Assembly: GCA_010093605.1 (NCBI GenBank)
Contig: MU004184.1
Location: 126,179-190,178 of the forward strand
Length of the DNA stretch: 64,000 bases
Source of the DNA: Lophium mytilinum
Lineage: Eukaryota
Direction of reading: 5' to 3'
Position numbers and translations under genes: made by a program. The notes beneath the pieces are model-generated. The model was not told where the DNA came from. It worked only from the letters and a program-made list of their open reading frames with translations, and did no database searches. Below are positions 1-11,369 of the stretch, piece by piece. How positions within the stretch are numbered: position 1 is the first letter of the stretch; the number at the start of each line of letters is the position of its first letter.

Positions 1-974
1 ATCTCCAGCAGCATGCCCACCAACCCCACCGCCGCTTCCACCGCCGAAACAGCCCACCACGCGGCCGGCACCAGCTGGAAGTACGCGTTCTTCTCCAAAC
101 TCCCATACACTCCCGGCAGTCTTACGTCCATTCCCCCCAACACCGCGTCCTGCACTCCCCAACCTTCCGCCCCAAGAACCATCGGAACGCCAGGCTGCCC
201 CCGCTGCGCCAACAGCGCGTGCTGCACCGCGCGTGCGCCCGCGTCGGCGACTTCCCAGCTCTTTCTGCCGGATCCAGGCACGCGGAGGGCGCCAGCGTCG
301 GCCCACGCGTTGGAAAGAGCGGCGAGAGCGTCTTCTTCCGAGAGCTCGAGGAGGTGAGACACACACGCCGTGGCGGCGACGTTGGCGAGCAGGGCCGGGG
401 AGAGCGTGGGATTGTGGGCGGCCAGGCAGCCGTAGAGCTCGTAGGCCTCGATTTGGACGGTCAGGAGCGTTCGCAGCGACACGCCGGTTGGCGGCTCCGG
501 GGAGGCGCTGGCGTGCGGGAGGGAGCTGACGGAGCTCGCGGTCGGGGTGGAGGATCCGGAGCGCGAGGACGGGGCTGGGCGGGTGCGGGTGCGGCTGAGC
601 CAGTCTGCGGTTGCGAGGAGGGCGCCGAGGGTGGAGGAGGGGTGGCCTGGGGTGGTGGTGGGCGGGCCAGAGGTGCTGCCGTGGGGGTGGGTTATGAGAG
701 CCCCGAGGTCGAAGGCGCCTTTGACAGGGTCGAGCTCGAAGCTGGTGCCGGGGAGGCGGAAGCCGCAGAGGACGGTGGTGCCGGGGACCATGGGGCCTAC
801 GAGGCGGCGGTAGGTTGGGTCGGGCGAGGAGAGGTTGGCGATCGCGGTGCCGAGGGCGTCGAGGAGGGAGAGGCGCGCGAGGTCGTAGGCAGAGGCGGAG
901 GTGATGGGCGCGTGGTGGATGTAGTCGAGGGTGTCTTGGAGGACGCGATCGTAGTCTGAAGCTTGGGCCGCCAT
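1..974 (-). CDS. MmgE/PrpD-family (2-methylcitrate dehydratase-like) protein, 3' end runs off the window start
   Basis: Manual minus-strand translation from ATG at 974 (absent from the ORF track because it has no stop in the window): MAAQASDYDRVLQDTLDYIHH...ARLSLLDALGTAI...GPMVPGTTVLCGFRLPGTSFELDPVKGAFDLGALI...GHPSSTLGALLATADWLSR...ALSNAWADAG...RKSWEVADAGARAV. These blocks match fungal PrpD-family motifs. Confidence 0.85.
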   Translation of the reverse strand, partial: MAAQASDYDRVLQDTLDYIHHAPITSASAYDLARLSLLDALGTAIANLSSPDPTYRRLVGPMVPGTTVLCGFRLPGTSFELDPVKGAFDLGALITHPHGSTSGPPTTTPGHPSSTLGALLATADWLSRTRTRPAPSSRSGSSTPTASSVSSLPHASASPEPPTGVSLRTLLTVQIEAYELYGCLAAHNPTLSPALLANVAATACVSHLLELSEEDALAALSNAWADAGALRVPGSGRKSWEVADAGARAVQHALLAQRGQPGVPMVLGAEGWGVQDAVLGGMDVRLPGVYGSLEKNAYFQLVPAAWWAVSAVEAAVGLVGMLLE

Positions 975-1344
975 CGTGAGGTTTGGTGATGGTGATCAGA
1001 CGGTTGTTGAAGGAGGTTGGAGGTTGGACGAGAAAGCTGAGGGCCTGGTGGGAATTTATATATCGGGTGAAGTGGATGAGGTTTGTGCGCCGACAACACA
1101 CGTGTGGGAAGGGACTGGTTGAATGTTGGGATTTGACGGCGGAGAAGTGTCCGTCGGTGAAGGTGGTAGCTGGTGTCGATCATCAATGAACCAAGGCCTT
1201 GAATGGAGCAGTCTGAGCGTCGATCTCTTAGGAGGGCTCCGATTGATATACAATTGAGCTTATTCTGACATTTCTTTGGTGGTGTACCGTGTGTCTTGGT
1301 TGACTAAGTAGAGGAGTATCAAGCATCCGCCACCTTTCGCCTGT

Positions 1345-1875
1345 TTTGTGGAGTGTAGGAGTGATGGAGGTGGAGGAGCCGCCAACCCTCTCTTATAGCT
1401 CTATTCGGAGCCACGAAATGCTACGGAGGAGGCGAACTCTTCGTAGCCGCTCTAGTTCTGCTCGATGTAACGTATTGCCACGAAGCAGGCAAGCTGTTTG
1501 TAGACTCTTGAAACAATGATTTGTGGAGTGTAGGAGTGATGGAGGCGGAGGAGCCTGAAAGCTCTCTTATAGTTCTGGTCGGAGCAACGACATGCTACGG
1601 AGCAGGCGAAGTATTCGTAGACGCCTGACGTGATGGTTTGTGGAGTGTAGGAGTGGTGGAGGTGGAAGAGTCGGAAGGCTCTCCTATAGTTCTGTTCAGA
1701 GTAACGAGATGCTACGAAGCAGGCGAGCTGTTCATAGACTCTTGACGCGATGATTCGTGGAGCGTAGAGGTAATGGAGGTGGAAGAGATGACAGCCTCCC
1801 TCAAAGTCCTGTCCGAAGTGATGACTTTTTACGGAGCAGGCGATTTGTCTGTAGACGCCTGACGTGACGAGCGGA
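1345..1875. repeat. Degenerate 117-bp tandem repeat, about 4 copies
   Basis: TGGAGTGTAGGAGTGATGGAGG-like unit starts at ~1349, 1524, 1641 and 1758 (last three 117 bp apart). ORF 1452..1958(-) shows the corresponding 39-aa repeat (LHHSYTPQ..SRVYEQLACFVA). Confidence 0.8.
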
Positions 1876-3640
1876 GTTGTAATGTGTCGGAATTCAGTCT
1901 TGCCAGAGTGGACAGGTGTGGAAGACACTTCTAGACACTTTAAATTCTTCGACGGCAATTACATTTTCCTTGATGCCATGAAAGAGACCAGGGACTTTGG
2001 GAAGAATTTGGGTCTATGGTTAGGAGTAATTCAGTGAAGAATAAATGGGATCATATTCTATGTCGTCCCCCGCCTACTCAGCACAGCACACCATCGAGAA
2101 AGCAGGCTGCTTGTAGACAATTGGAAACAGAGCAGTGTGAAAGGTTCACTGGCTTTGGCGATTTTATGGACGTTGGGTGGTAAGGGGTGGAGGAGACAGA
2201 AGCTTGTTTTATATTCCCTATCTATTTGGGGCAAAGACATTCTAGGGAGCAGGCAAACTGACTCTAGCGGTCTGCTCGATACGATGGTGACAATCGTCAC
2301 CTATGGTCCAGTTCACGAAACGTAAGAGTGATGGAGGTAGATGAGAAATGAACCTTGTCTAAATTTTCGACTGTTTAGATCAATGAGCGTCTTTGAAGGC
2401 GGCACATCGTAAGTGGAGACGCGAGCTAGGGATGAAAATTATAAACGGTAAAGAATTGGGATTGATCTAGAGTGCATCGAGACTTGATCTTGTACGATAT
2501 GTCTAATTAAAACAGAGGCTAATCTACTCTAGTGATTCTCGAGTTTCCCGGAGTAACTTTTGATGGCATAATGGGTCGAGTAACAGGCTTGCGTAGAGTT
2601 TGATGATTGAGTTTCGCAGTGGGGATTCATACGGATCGGGGGTGAAGATACGGAGCGAACTCTGGACATGATCTCGTAGAACAGTTCAGATATTTGCACA
2701 TTGAAGTCTTTTCTGAACGCTGTTTGAGGCGCCAGGGCGTTTCTCGAAGTACTATTGAGCTGGGCAAGGACACACTATGAGGCAGCGAGTTGGCCTCGTT
2801 ACGCGGTGCTTGCGATCCATTGACCCGATTGCGAAGACCGAACCTGGTACCGGACAAGATAATTCGAATTGCAGCTATATTGACTTTCTTTGGTTACCTC
2901 GCGGAATAAAGCGACTGGGATTTGAGATTCGACAAAGAAAAGCGTGTTCCTACTTGAGCTGAAGCAAAGCATGAGAGGAAAGCATGCGTTCTTCCTGATT
3001 CCCAGATTGCTGAGAGTGAACGCTCCGTATCGACAGGTTTTCATTCACCTGGCATAAATCCTCGGTTAAAGAGTGGCACATGTTGGGATTGCTCCAAAGT
3101 CTCGATGAAGCAGTGGCTTGAACGCAGATCTCCATATTTAGTAGTTACTTGTCTGTGTTGCCGATCGAAAAGCGCCATGTAAAGCTTCCTGAAGTGACAT
3201 CTATCGGCGCAGGTGATGTCGGATGAAGCTCGCCGCGGTATTGGGCCGGTGATAATGAATTAATGGTGACGGAGCAGTCATTGGAAACAGAACTTCTGAG
3301 ACATTACCCTGATGAGAAGTTTGCATTCCATCGCTGACTGGCCAATAATGGTGCTTCTCTAGCGGCAAGGGAAGTCTACACGACTATGCAATCGTGTAAG
3401 TTACCTACGGCGACGATTAACGAGGGGAAAGAGAAGAAATAGGGCATTATTCGAAGGAACTCTATATGCATATCACATTCGAAGTCTGGTACCACGTGGA
3501 AAGGAGGCAGCTCATTTGGGCAGTTCTTGGAGGCTGTGCTGGGCTTTCTGAAAATCGATTGAGTCGGATGATTGAGATATGTTCACTACTTGAGACTGAG
3601 GTAGACACAATATTATTGATAGGAGAGCAGTACTTGAAAA

Positions 3641-3670
3641 ATCGAAATCGAAATCGAAATCGAAATCGAA
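3641..3670. repeat. (ATCGAA)5 microsatellite
   Basis: Read directly from the sequence. Confidence 0.9.
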
Positions 3671-3762
3671 TGAATCCAAACCGGCGAAAGATCTTACACC
3701 TAGACCATGCACTGCCTTGATTTGTTTGAAATGTTCTCCGCTACCCGAGAAACCCGTATCCC

Positions 3763-4597
3763 TTACAACCCAGCTGCCGTCTTCACAAACGCCGCCGCGG
3801 AGGCCGCATCCTGAGAGTACGTCAAATGCGGCAACAGTATCGTATCCTGCCCCTGACAGATCAAATCGCCAGTATGGCAGATGATATCCACCTTCGCAGC
3901 ATCGACATTCGCGACCGCCTGACCATCATCCGGATCGCCAAAGATGACCACTGCACAACGTTAGCAAGCCATTCCCACTCAAATGCTCCTACCACACCAC
4001 TTTGGAATAAAATCGTACCTGAGCTCACCGCCGCCCCCTGCGCCGCCGTGATCCGCTTCGCAGCATTATGCACCAACTGTCCCCCCTGACTATACCCGCT
4101 CATGACCACCTTCGTATCCGGACACTGCGTCTGCGCCTGTCCGACTAGCTGCGCCATGAGCTTGCTTCCCGCTGCGTCGCCGCCGGCTAAGAAACCGGCG
4201 ACGTCGGCGGGGTAGTCCACGCCTTGAACGGCGAGTTGGTCGGCGCCGATGGAGGTGGCGAGGGCTTGGAAAAAGGGGGGGCCTGCGAGGGAACGGGTTA
4301 GATGGGGCGGACATGGGTATAGTCATGATAACAGGCGAAAGAAGTGTTGATAGCCCATTGGAACGGAGCGGGAACGGTGATGGTACGAGTGGGTTTGGGC
4401 TTACCGGCGATAGATCCCACATTCCCGCTCTCGAGGGTGCCGCGCGCGAAGATAATGGTGACGGCTTTGCAGCCAGTATTGTCGACGACATCGTTTTGAG
4501 TGTCGGAGGTCAAAGGGGAGGCGCGGGGGGCAAGGAGAGGGTGGGTGTAGGCGAGAGGGAGGGAGAGGAGAAATAGGAGGATGGTTTGGTGGTGCAT
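3763..4597 (-). CDS. Secreted cutinase (CE5), 3 exons: 4597-4405, 4282-4019, 3950-3763
   Basis: Signal-peptide-like N-terminus, then CKAVTIIFARGTLESGNVG, QGVDYPA, catalytic GYSQG, VIFGDP and CHTGDLIC..PHLTY. Introns GTAAGC..CTAAC..CAG (4404-4283) and GTACGA..GCTAAC..CAG (4018-3951) keep the frame. Confidence 0.95.
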
Positions 4598-7500
4598 ATT
4601 GACGAAACGGATGGGAAACGATGATATAAGGGCCGAGTACAGCGAAAAGAATGATAGAGCTTGTTGAAACGAAGAATGATTGTAAAAGTTCGAATCGAAA
4701 CTGGACGCTTGTGGTAAAGGGGAAGAATCCCTTGCAGTTCAAACAAAGCTCTGCGACACCCATCGACCAGTATTTATTCTTCCTCGCGCCCTCCCAACCT
4801 CTGGTAGGAAAGATTCCGAGGCATGACTATAGCGTGTAGTGGAAGATGCTGCGCTAGCCCGTCTACTTCCCCGACGTCCATGCATCTCGTGTCCACGGGA
4901 GTTGTTTCGTGCTTTAGTCAAAAGCAGCATCCATGCTTCCCTCGGCAGTGCTTCCTCGATGCTGTTGCTGATAGGTTCAAAAAGGTCATCGCAAGCGGCA
5001 GACTGGGATAGCCTAGATTGGCGACGCCAGCGGAGCGGAGCCGACATTGCACAGGCTGTCGTGGGACGGGAGCGACCAGGGACGAGGCGTTGACAAGTTA
5101 TCTGAAAGAACCACTCAAATCAGGAGATAGGTGCCAGGATGTTCATTGTCGATGGGTCTGCCCGGAGGACACTTGAAACGAGTATTGTTTCGCCGGGTAG
5201 AATAACGTGTGATCTTAGTAAAAGGTGTTGGCGATGCCTCGGATACTCTCTTTCTAGATAGTTGCCGAAGGTGCTAAAAGTTTGTTATATAACAATGTAG
5301 ATCAATGCGGGGAAGATTACGCTGCGTTTGCGCGGGGTAGTGTGCCTGACTTAGACGAAAAGGTCGGATGTTGAGGAGGTGTCCGCGGACTGGAAGATCA
5401 TCAACCTCGGCACGTTTCATGTCAACTTAGCGCCCGTTTGAAACGTGATTCATGCAGCCTTAATGGCGCCGTGGCACGTCGGAACTTGGGGCGATTGTTC
5501 CAAGATCACCCTTGCATGGTTTTGGGGATCACGGCGTTGAGTAGTGGGACGTGCATTTCCTGGGAGAGTTTGATCTTGAGGGACACAACAAAAAAAAAAT
5601 GCGGACGCTGCATAAGGTAGAAATCTTAGCTACTCTGTAAACTGTGGCCCTCTAGCTAGAGGAGATGTTTCTTCTAGTCGCAGCAAGGCTGGCTCATAGC
5701 AAGTCGAAAGATGCGTGTGGTGTTATGATCGAGATGGTGACATCAATACTCCGAGCGGATGCAATTGAGAATGAGTGGCGTTATCTGATTATAGAGATCG
5801 AGCTGCTAGAAGCAGCAATTTCGTGCGTTGAGGAACCTCTCACGGCACTTGAACGGTTCAATCTTTTCCACACCCCCTCAGCGACCGCACCGAACAAGCA
5901 TCACAGTGTTACAAAAATCGATTTGTGGTTCTCGTATCATTCTTTGCCATCCAATAACCTAGCATTCTTCTCCGCTCTTCCTTCCCTCCAGCGGACTGGT
6001 CAGCACGACCTGCCTCTTCGCCGCGACCTACCTCAACTCCTACGCCGTCAACCCTCTGCCACGAAAAGGCCTGCGGCACACCTTCAAAACCGTCGACCGG
6101 GCTCAGAATCTTGGTCCCATCCGCAGCTGACATCGCGACACCCTCTGCCCGCTGCTGTCAAGACATTTTTCAGCGACCCAGTCCTGTCTAGCAACGCACC
6201 GCCTCACTTTTCACCTCCGCAACTTCAAACTTCTACCTCAAGATCTGGACTGCGATATCATGCGCCCCGAGTTGATCTATAGCTACAAAGGCGCTTGCTG
6301 AAGAAGAGTTGTCTTAGCGGTTTGACGAAGTCCGCAAGATCCGCGCGCTTCAGGAAATTCTCCTCCTTATCGCTCAGATAGAGGAAAACCGACTCCCAGT
6401 TTTTCTCGAGTCCAAAATCTGGACAGGCCATCACAGTCGAGGACGACAAATGCTAGCTCTCCGAACGTTGAATATGCCAATGCCATTATGACACAATGGG
6501 GTTTGCCACATTGGACTTGAGATCGAAACCGGATATAGATCTCAACGATTCGAAGCTTCTACAGCACATTGACCAGACCGAACATCTACATGGAACGAAA
6601 GAGACACGAGGTCTCGGGCACAACTGCCCCCAAGGCCGAGCTAATTCAAGACATATGGGAGATGGAGCTATGATTCCCTGTTTGCTCGTCAAGCAATGCA
6701 TTGTCTGGTGCAGCGCGCTGAGCGGGGCGGCACTGATAGTAGCAATCTTCGTGGACGGCCAGTACATACGGATATATTTCCAGAGCGTCCTCAGATATAG
6801 GCCAGCACAGGCTGCTTTTCCACGAACCGACCGATTACGAATTTGCGACGGCCGGCAAATTTGAAGACGGAACAAGCTTCACCTTCCCCCAAGGCCACCT
6901 CTCGTACATGAATGCGCTCTTCTTCCGCGCCCTCCTCCGAGAAAGATCGCCACTCATACTTCCGTTCCTTCAACAGCGCTCAAGCGACAGACCTTCAACA
7001 TGTCGCACGCGTACAAAAAGCCCACCCAGTCATTTCCTGGCTTTGGTGGAACAAGATCCGACAAGCAGCAGGCTCGCCGTCCGACCCTAGACTGGACATC
7101 ATCTCCACAAGCCATCGAAGCTCGTCGCCTGCCGCTTGCCGCGCTCTCTACACTGGTCTCTCATCACTAAATCTCACCAGAAGCAACGATGGCCGGTCCA
7201 GCTAAAAAGCGCGCTCGGGTGGAGCAGAGCAGCAGCAGCTCCTCCGATGATCAGAAGTCGTCTCGCAATGGCGGTTGTGAGGGTAGTCCTCAGCGTTCGT
7301 CCCTGACCACCCTCCAGCGTGCCTCACCGCAATCCATTCCACGCGTCGATGACAACCGGGACACGCAGGGCGGCGTCTCCGGCCGTCGGCCTCTGCCAAT
7401 TGAATATTTGAACCTGCGCAACCTGTCTGATGCTCTGGGTATGATGGGATGGGCCGCCGCTTCATATTGTGATGAAGATGGAAGCGAAAATGTGCTCACT

Positions 7501-8380
7501 GGGGTCAATTCCAACCCGCTCGCCGCACGCCGTCAGTCGTTCTCATGGCTGAACAACAGTCAACTCCCTGGAAAAGGCCTTACTCGATGACGCCTCGCCG
7601 ACCGGCAACTTGTAGCCCCCCACCCCGTCCTCCGCATGTGTCGTTCCAAAGCCGTGTCCGCCAATTCCAGTCGATGTATCAATAGAACCTTTCGACGAGT
7701 CCCTTGATCGCGAGAGCAATCTAAAATGTGGTTACAAGAGGTGAGTCATCTAATAACTTGCTGAGTCCCCTCCACTCTGCCTTTCTAACACTCAAATCCA
7801 GCTTCTGCGCCAACATGTCTTTGGTTCTCTACATCTACGTGCTTTTCTAGAGAGAGAGGAGCGCTTTGGACACTCTCTCGGATGATGACATGGGTCCAGC
7901 TTCGGATGCGTGTCAAAAGCTGGGACGCGATGCATTGGGAGACACTTTTGCAGGTGATGATGATGGGGTTGCATGAGCAGTGGATGATTAAATCCGAGTA
8001 GTGTAGAGCTGTAGAACGCCGTCTGAAGTGGCTTGGCGTGTTTCTAGATCATTCAAAACGATCAATGCTCTATTCTTGATAATCTACGGAGAGGCTTCAA
8101 ACGCTGGTGTCAAGATGCCCATGGGCTTATGATAGGAGGCCAGATTTTAGCTCACTGGAACCGAAGAAGGAAACAAGCCTGACATGCGGGCAGTGTAGAG
8201 CGGTGAAGTATAATTCAAACCATGTCTGAACAACTTCTCCTCTTTTCCTGAGAACTTGCAGAGGCACTTCAAACGGTGGTATCACAATGTCAACGAGCTT
8301 ATGACGAGAGACTGATCTTCGATTCACTACAATTACAACGCAAAAACCGCCCGATCTCCACACCGGAAGCCACAGGCTCG

Positions 8381-8641
8381 CTAGGCCTCCTCGTCGACGA
8401 AGTCGAACACGACGCGTACCCTTCTACCCTCCACCTCTATCCTCATGCTAGTACATAAGACGCGTTCCATGACCAGAAGTCCCACCGAGGCCCGCAAAGA
8501 AGCGACGGAAGCGGCCGGCGCGGTCCACGCGATGAGAGAGAATGTGATGGCGACTTCTTCTGCGATTGCGGCAGTTGGTGCAAAAAAGACGGCGAGCGTG
8601 GCCTTGGCGGCGACGAAGACGGTTGGGAGGAGGTGTGCCAT
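8381..8641 (-). CDS. Small hydrophobic orphan protein (86 aa) with a 5'-UTR intron
   Basis: Intron GTAAGT(8753)..GCTAAC..CAG(8670) lies just upstream of AAATGG. The ORF MAHLLPTVFVAAKATLAVFF... ends at TAG 8381. No family recognised. Confidence 0.4.
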   Translation of the reverse strand: MAHLLPTVFVAAKATLAVFFAPTAAIAEEVAITFSLIAWTAPAASVASLRASVGLLVMERVLCTSMRIEVEGRRVRVVFDFVDEEA

Positions 8642-9369
8642 TTCGGCGAAGGTTTGGATGTTGTTACGTCTGCGTCGCATTTGTTAGCGTTCATCTTTAC
8701 GAGGCGTAGTTGATCATCATCAACTACAGCAGAAAGGGTGATTTGAAACTTACCTTTTGGTGTCGGAGCTGTTGCTGGGGTTAGAAGTGAACACCTTGGG
8801 TGAACTATCAAATAGAGGCTCCGGAACGAATGTCGGGCCGAGGGCACGTCATCACAAAGTCTAAATAAGTGGTAGTCACATCGTAAAAGCTGGAATATGT
8901 ACGAGATACCACTGTTTGGAGTGCCTCTGTACTGTCTTTGATATGAATCTAAAGTACAGCTGAAGCCTTCTCTATCTGAACCTGCGAAGCGATATCAGTG
9001 AATTGCATCAACAGAGCACAGTGCTCGTTCTTGTAACTATGATGTTTCGTAGGTGACCACCATCCTCCTACTTCGTGGGCGCCAATCGCTACGTATCTGC
9101 CTGAATTTTCACCATCGCGGCACACGCTCCCCAGTACAGGAATCTATCCGAGGCTAAACCACAGAGTTCAAAGCACCAAGAAGCATGCAAGCAAGAAGAC
9201 AAAGACGCAAGCAAGCAGAAGGGCACACGCACATATTGCTGCTTGCACCCCAGCTTCGCTCACCTGATACGGCTGGGAGGGTTGGCCTGACTGAAAGGTG
9301 GTCGAGCCGTCAAAAGTGCACCCATTGTGTACCGCAGAAGTGAAGAGCATGTATGAGCGCTGTCACCAC

Positions 9370-9720
9370 GACTACTTATAGGCCGTCATCGTCACAATAA
9401 ATCTATCTCCACAAGGTCGTGAACATCGCGATACCGCTGTTTGACGTGCCTCTGTACATTCTCTGATTTGTGTCTAAACTCCAGCTATGGCCCTCACGAG
9501 CTGAAGGACTCTTGAGCTCTGTGACCGCAAGCAGTTGTTAGGCCGTTATCGCCACAATCAATCTCTCGCAACAAGCCCGTGGACATCGTGACACGGCTGC
9601 TTGGTATGTCTCTGTACGTTTTTTTAAATGGATTCAAAACTCAGCTATAGACCTCTCGATCTGAAGTACTCATAGACTCTGTGACCGCAAGCATTTGTGA
9701 CGCCGTCATCGTCACTGCCA
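9370..9720. repeat. Degenerate 160-bp tandem repeat, about 2.3 copies
   Basis: GCCGT(C/T)ATCG(T/C)CAC at 9382, 9542 and 9702. CTCTGTGACCGCAAGCA at 9517 and 9677. Confidence 0.75.
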
Positions 9721-11369
9721 CAACCGTTGCGCCTGAAGAAGAAGAGAGTCGGTGGGGCTGGCGCGTACACACCACGCACAACAACAACAAGCAACAACAC
9801 CACAAAACACCAAAGCCCAACCACAACTTGCCTTACTCGAACCAGTAAAGGAAAGAGAAGCTTCTTCTTCGAGTACCCGCACAAGGCAGGCAGTTCAATG
9901 AAAAAGAGGTTTTGCGAAGAGATAGCTCATCCGACTTGGTCTGCAATCAAAAATTTGCCCGGCAGTTCGCCACACTGTACCCCCCCAGCTCGACCCGTTG
10001 TGCAATGAAGTCAGCCGAGGCCAGTAGGTCGAAGGAATTCATGAGCTCCCAGACCCCGAGCCGGTGGTGGTTTTTCCAGCACCGCCGCCAAGTATGAGGA
10101 AGGAAGGGGGGTCGGGGGCTGGCCGAGTTCTTATAGTCTGGCGGAAAGCCCGCTGACTCAGCTGACTCATCAGCGCTAGGCAGTTTAACCGAGCAGTATA
10201 ACCGTGTCTGCGTGCGGTGGAATGTCGTGGAAACTGGCGGAGCGGAAAGGGAGGAGTGAAGACGGGCGTGGGGGGGCGCGTGCCTGGTTAGTCATCCCCC
10301 AGGCCGTCAGTGAGGCGGCGAATTCCGCATAGGCCACCCCGGGGCTCGAGGAGCATCTGGAATGATTACAGAGTTAGATAGTGTCTCGCCTCAATGATTA
10401 GCGGCTGTGCCTGCTTGCGACGGCTATTGATGGGATGAGTCTTCAGCAGGCCGGATGTCGGTGTCAGCCCACCCACTTCAGCGAAATTTCAAAGTGCATC
10501 GCCGATAAAGCCTGTGAAAATGCAGCTAAATTCCGTCTTATTATTCTATAGGATCTACCAGCTGCTTTTGCGTCTCGTCAACGGGATTGATTCAACTTAG
10601 CATGAATCATGACGGGTCAATGGTACGCTTCTCTCTACATCCAGCTAGCATAGTATCTAGTTCACCTATCGAAAGCACAATTAACACCAGCGGGATAGAT
10701 GCGCCCAGACGAGGAAATCCTGAAGAAGAGTGTGGAGTCATAGGAAAAACCGGCACGCCGTGGGAGAGGGCCGGCAGAATGCTGGATTTCGGAGATGTCC
10801 AATTAGCACGAGATTGGGGAACCTTTTAAAATACACATGAAACAGCATATGCAGACAGTAAGTATCGATTGCCTTAATCATAGTAAGAGAAGCTACGTAT
10901 GGTACTTATCGACTATCCAATATACTAATTAAGTTCTACAGACAGCTTCGAACCCAAGGCAGATCCCTGCTTCCACTTCATCAGTGGCATATCACTGCAC
11001 TACCTCCTTTACCACCTCCTCTAGGCCCCCTTGCGCCCAGGTTCAGCTCCGTACCAACACCTTGTCGATACTTTGGACTCCTCCTCATTGACCGTCCACG
11101 ACTCTTTCCTCGTGGCGTACACCTTCGAGGTCATCAAATGCATCACGCTCTCTGACCTCTGCAAGCTCGTCGGCTTCTAGCTTTGTTGCTAGACAACTGT
11201 AGATCCTTGCCACCCTACAAAAAGGCATTGGCGCTAATTACCTGCAACGTGGGGATGCTCGGATGTTTGCCCGTTCGTCAAGCAGGTAAGTTGGCGCAAT
11301 AGCTTTGGAGATCACTTGATGGGCGCCGCTGCAAGGGCAAGACACCAGAATTTAGCTAGAACCTCTCTC

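Noticed and set aside
219..959. 246-aa Gly-rich + strand ORF and overlapping ORFs
   Set aside because: Antisense shadow of the minus-strand PrpD-family gene.
10140..10175. Hammerhead ribozyme from minus-strand CTGATGAG
   Set aside because: No stem II followed by GAAA in the required position.
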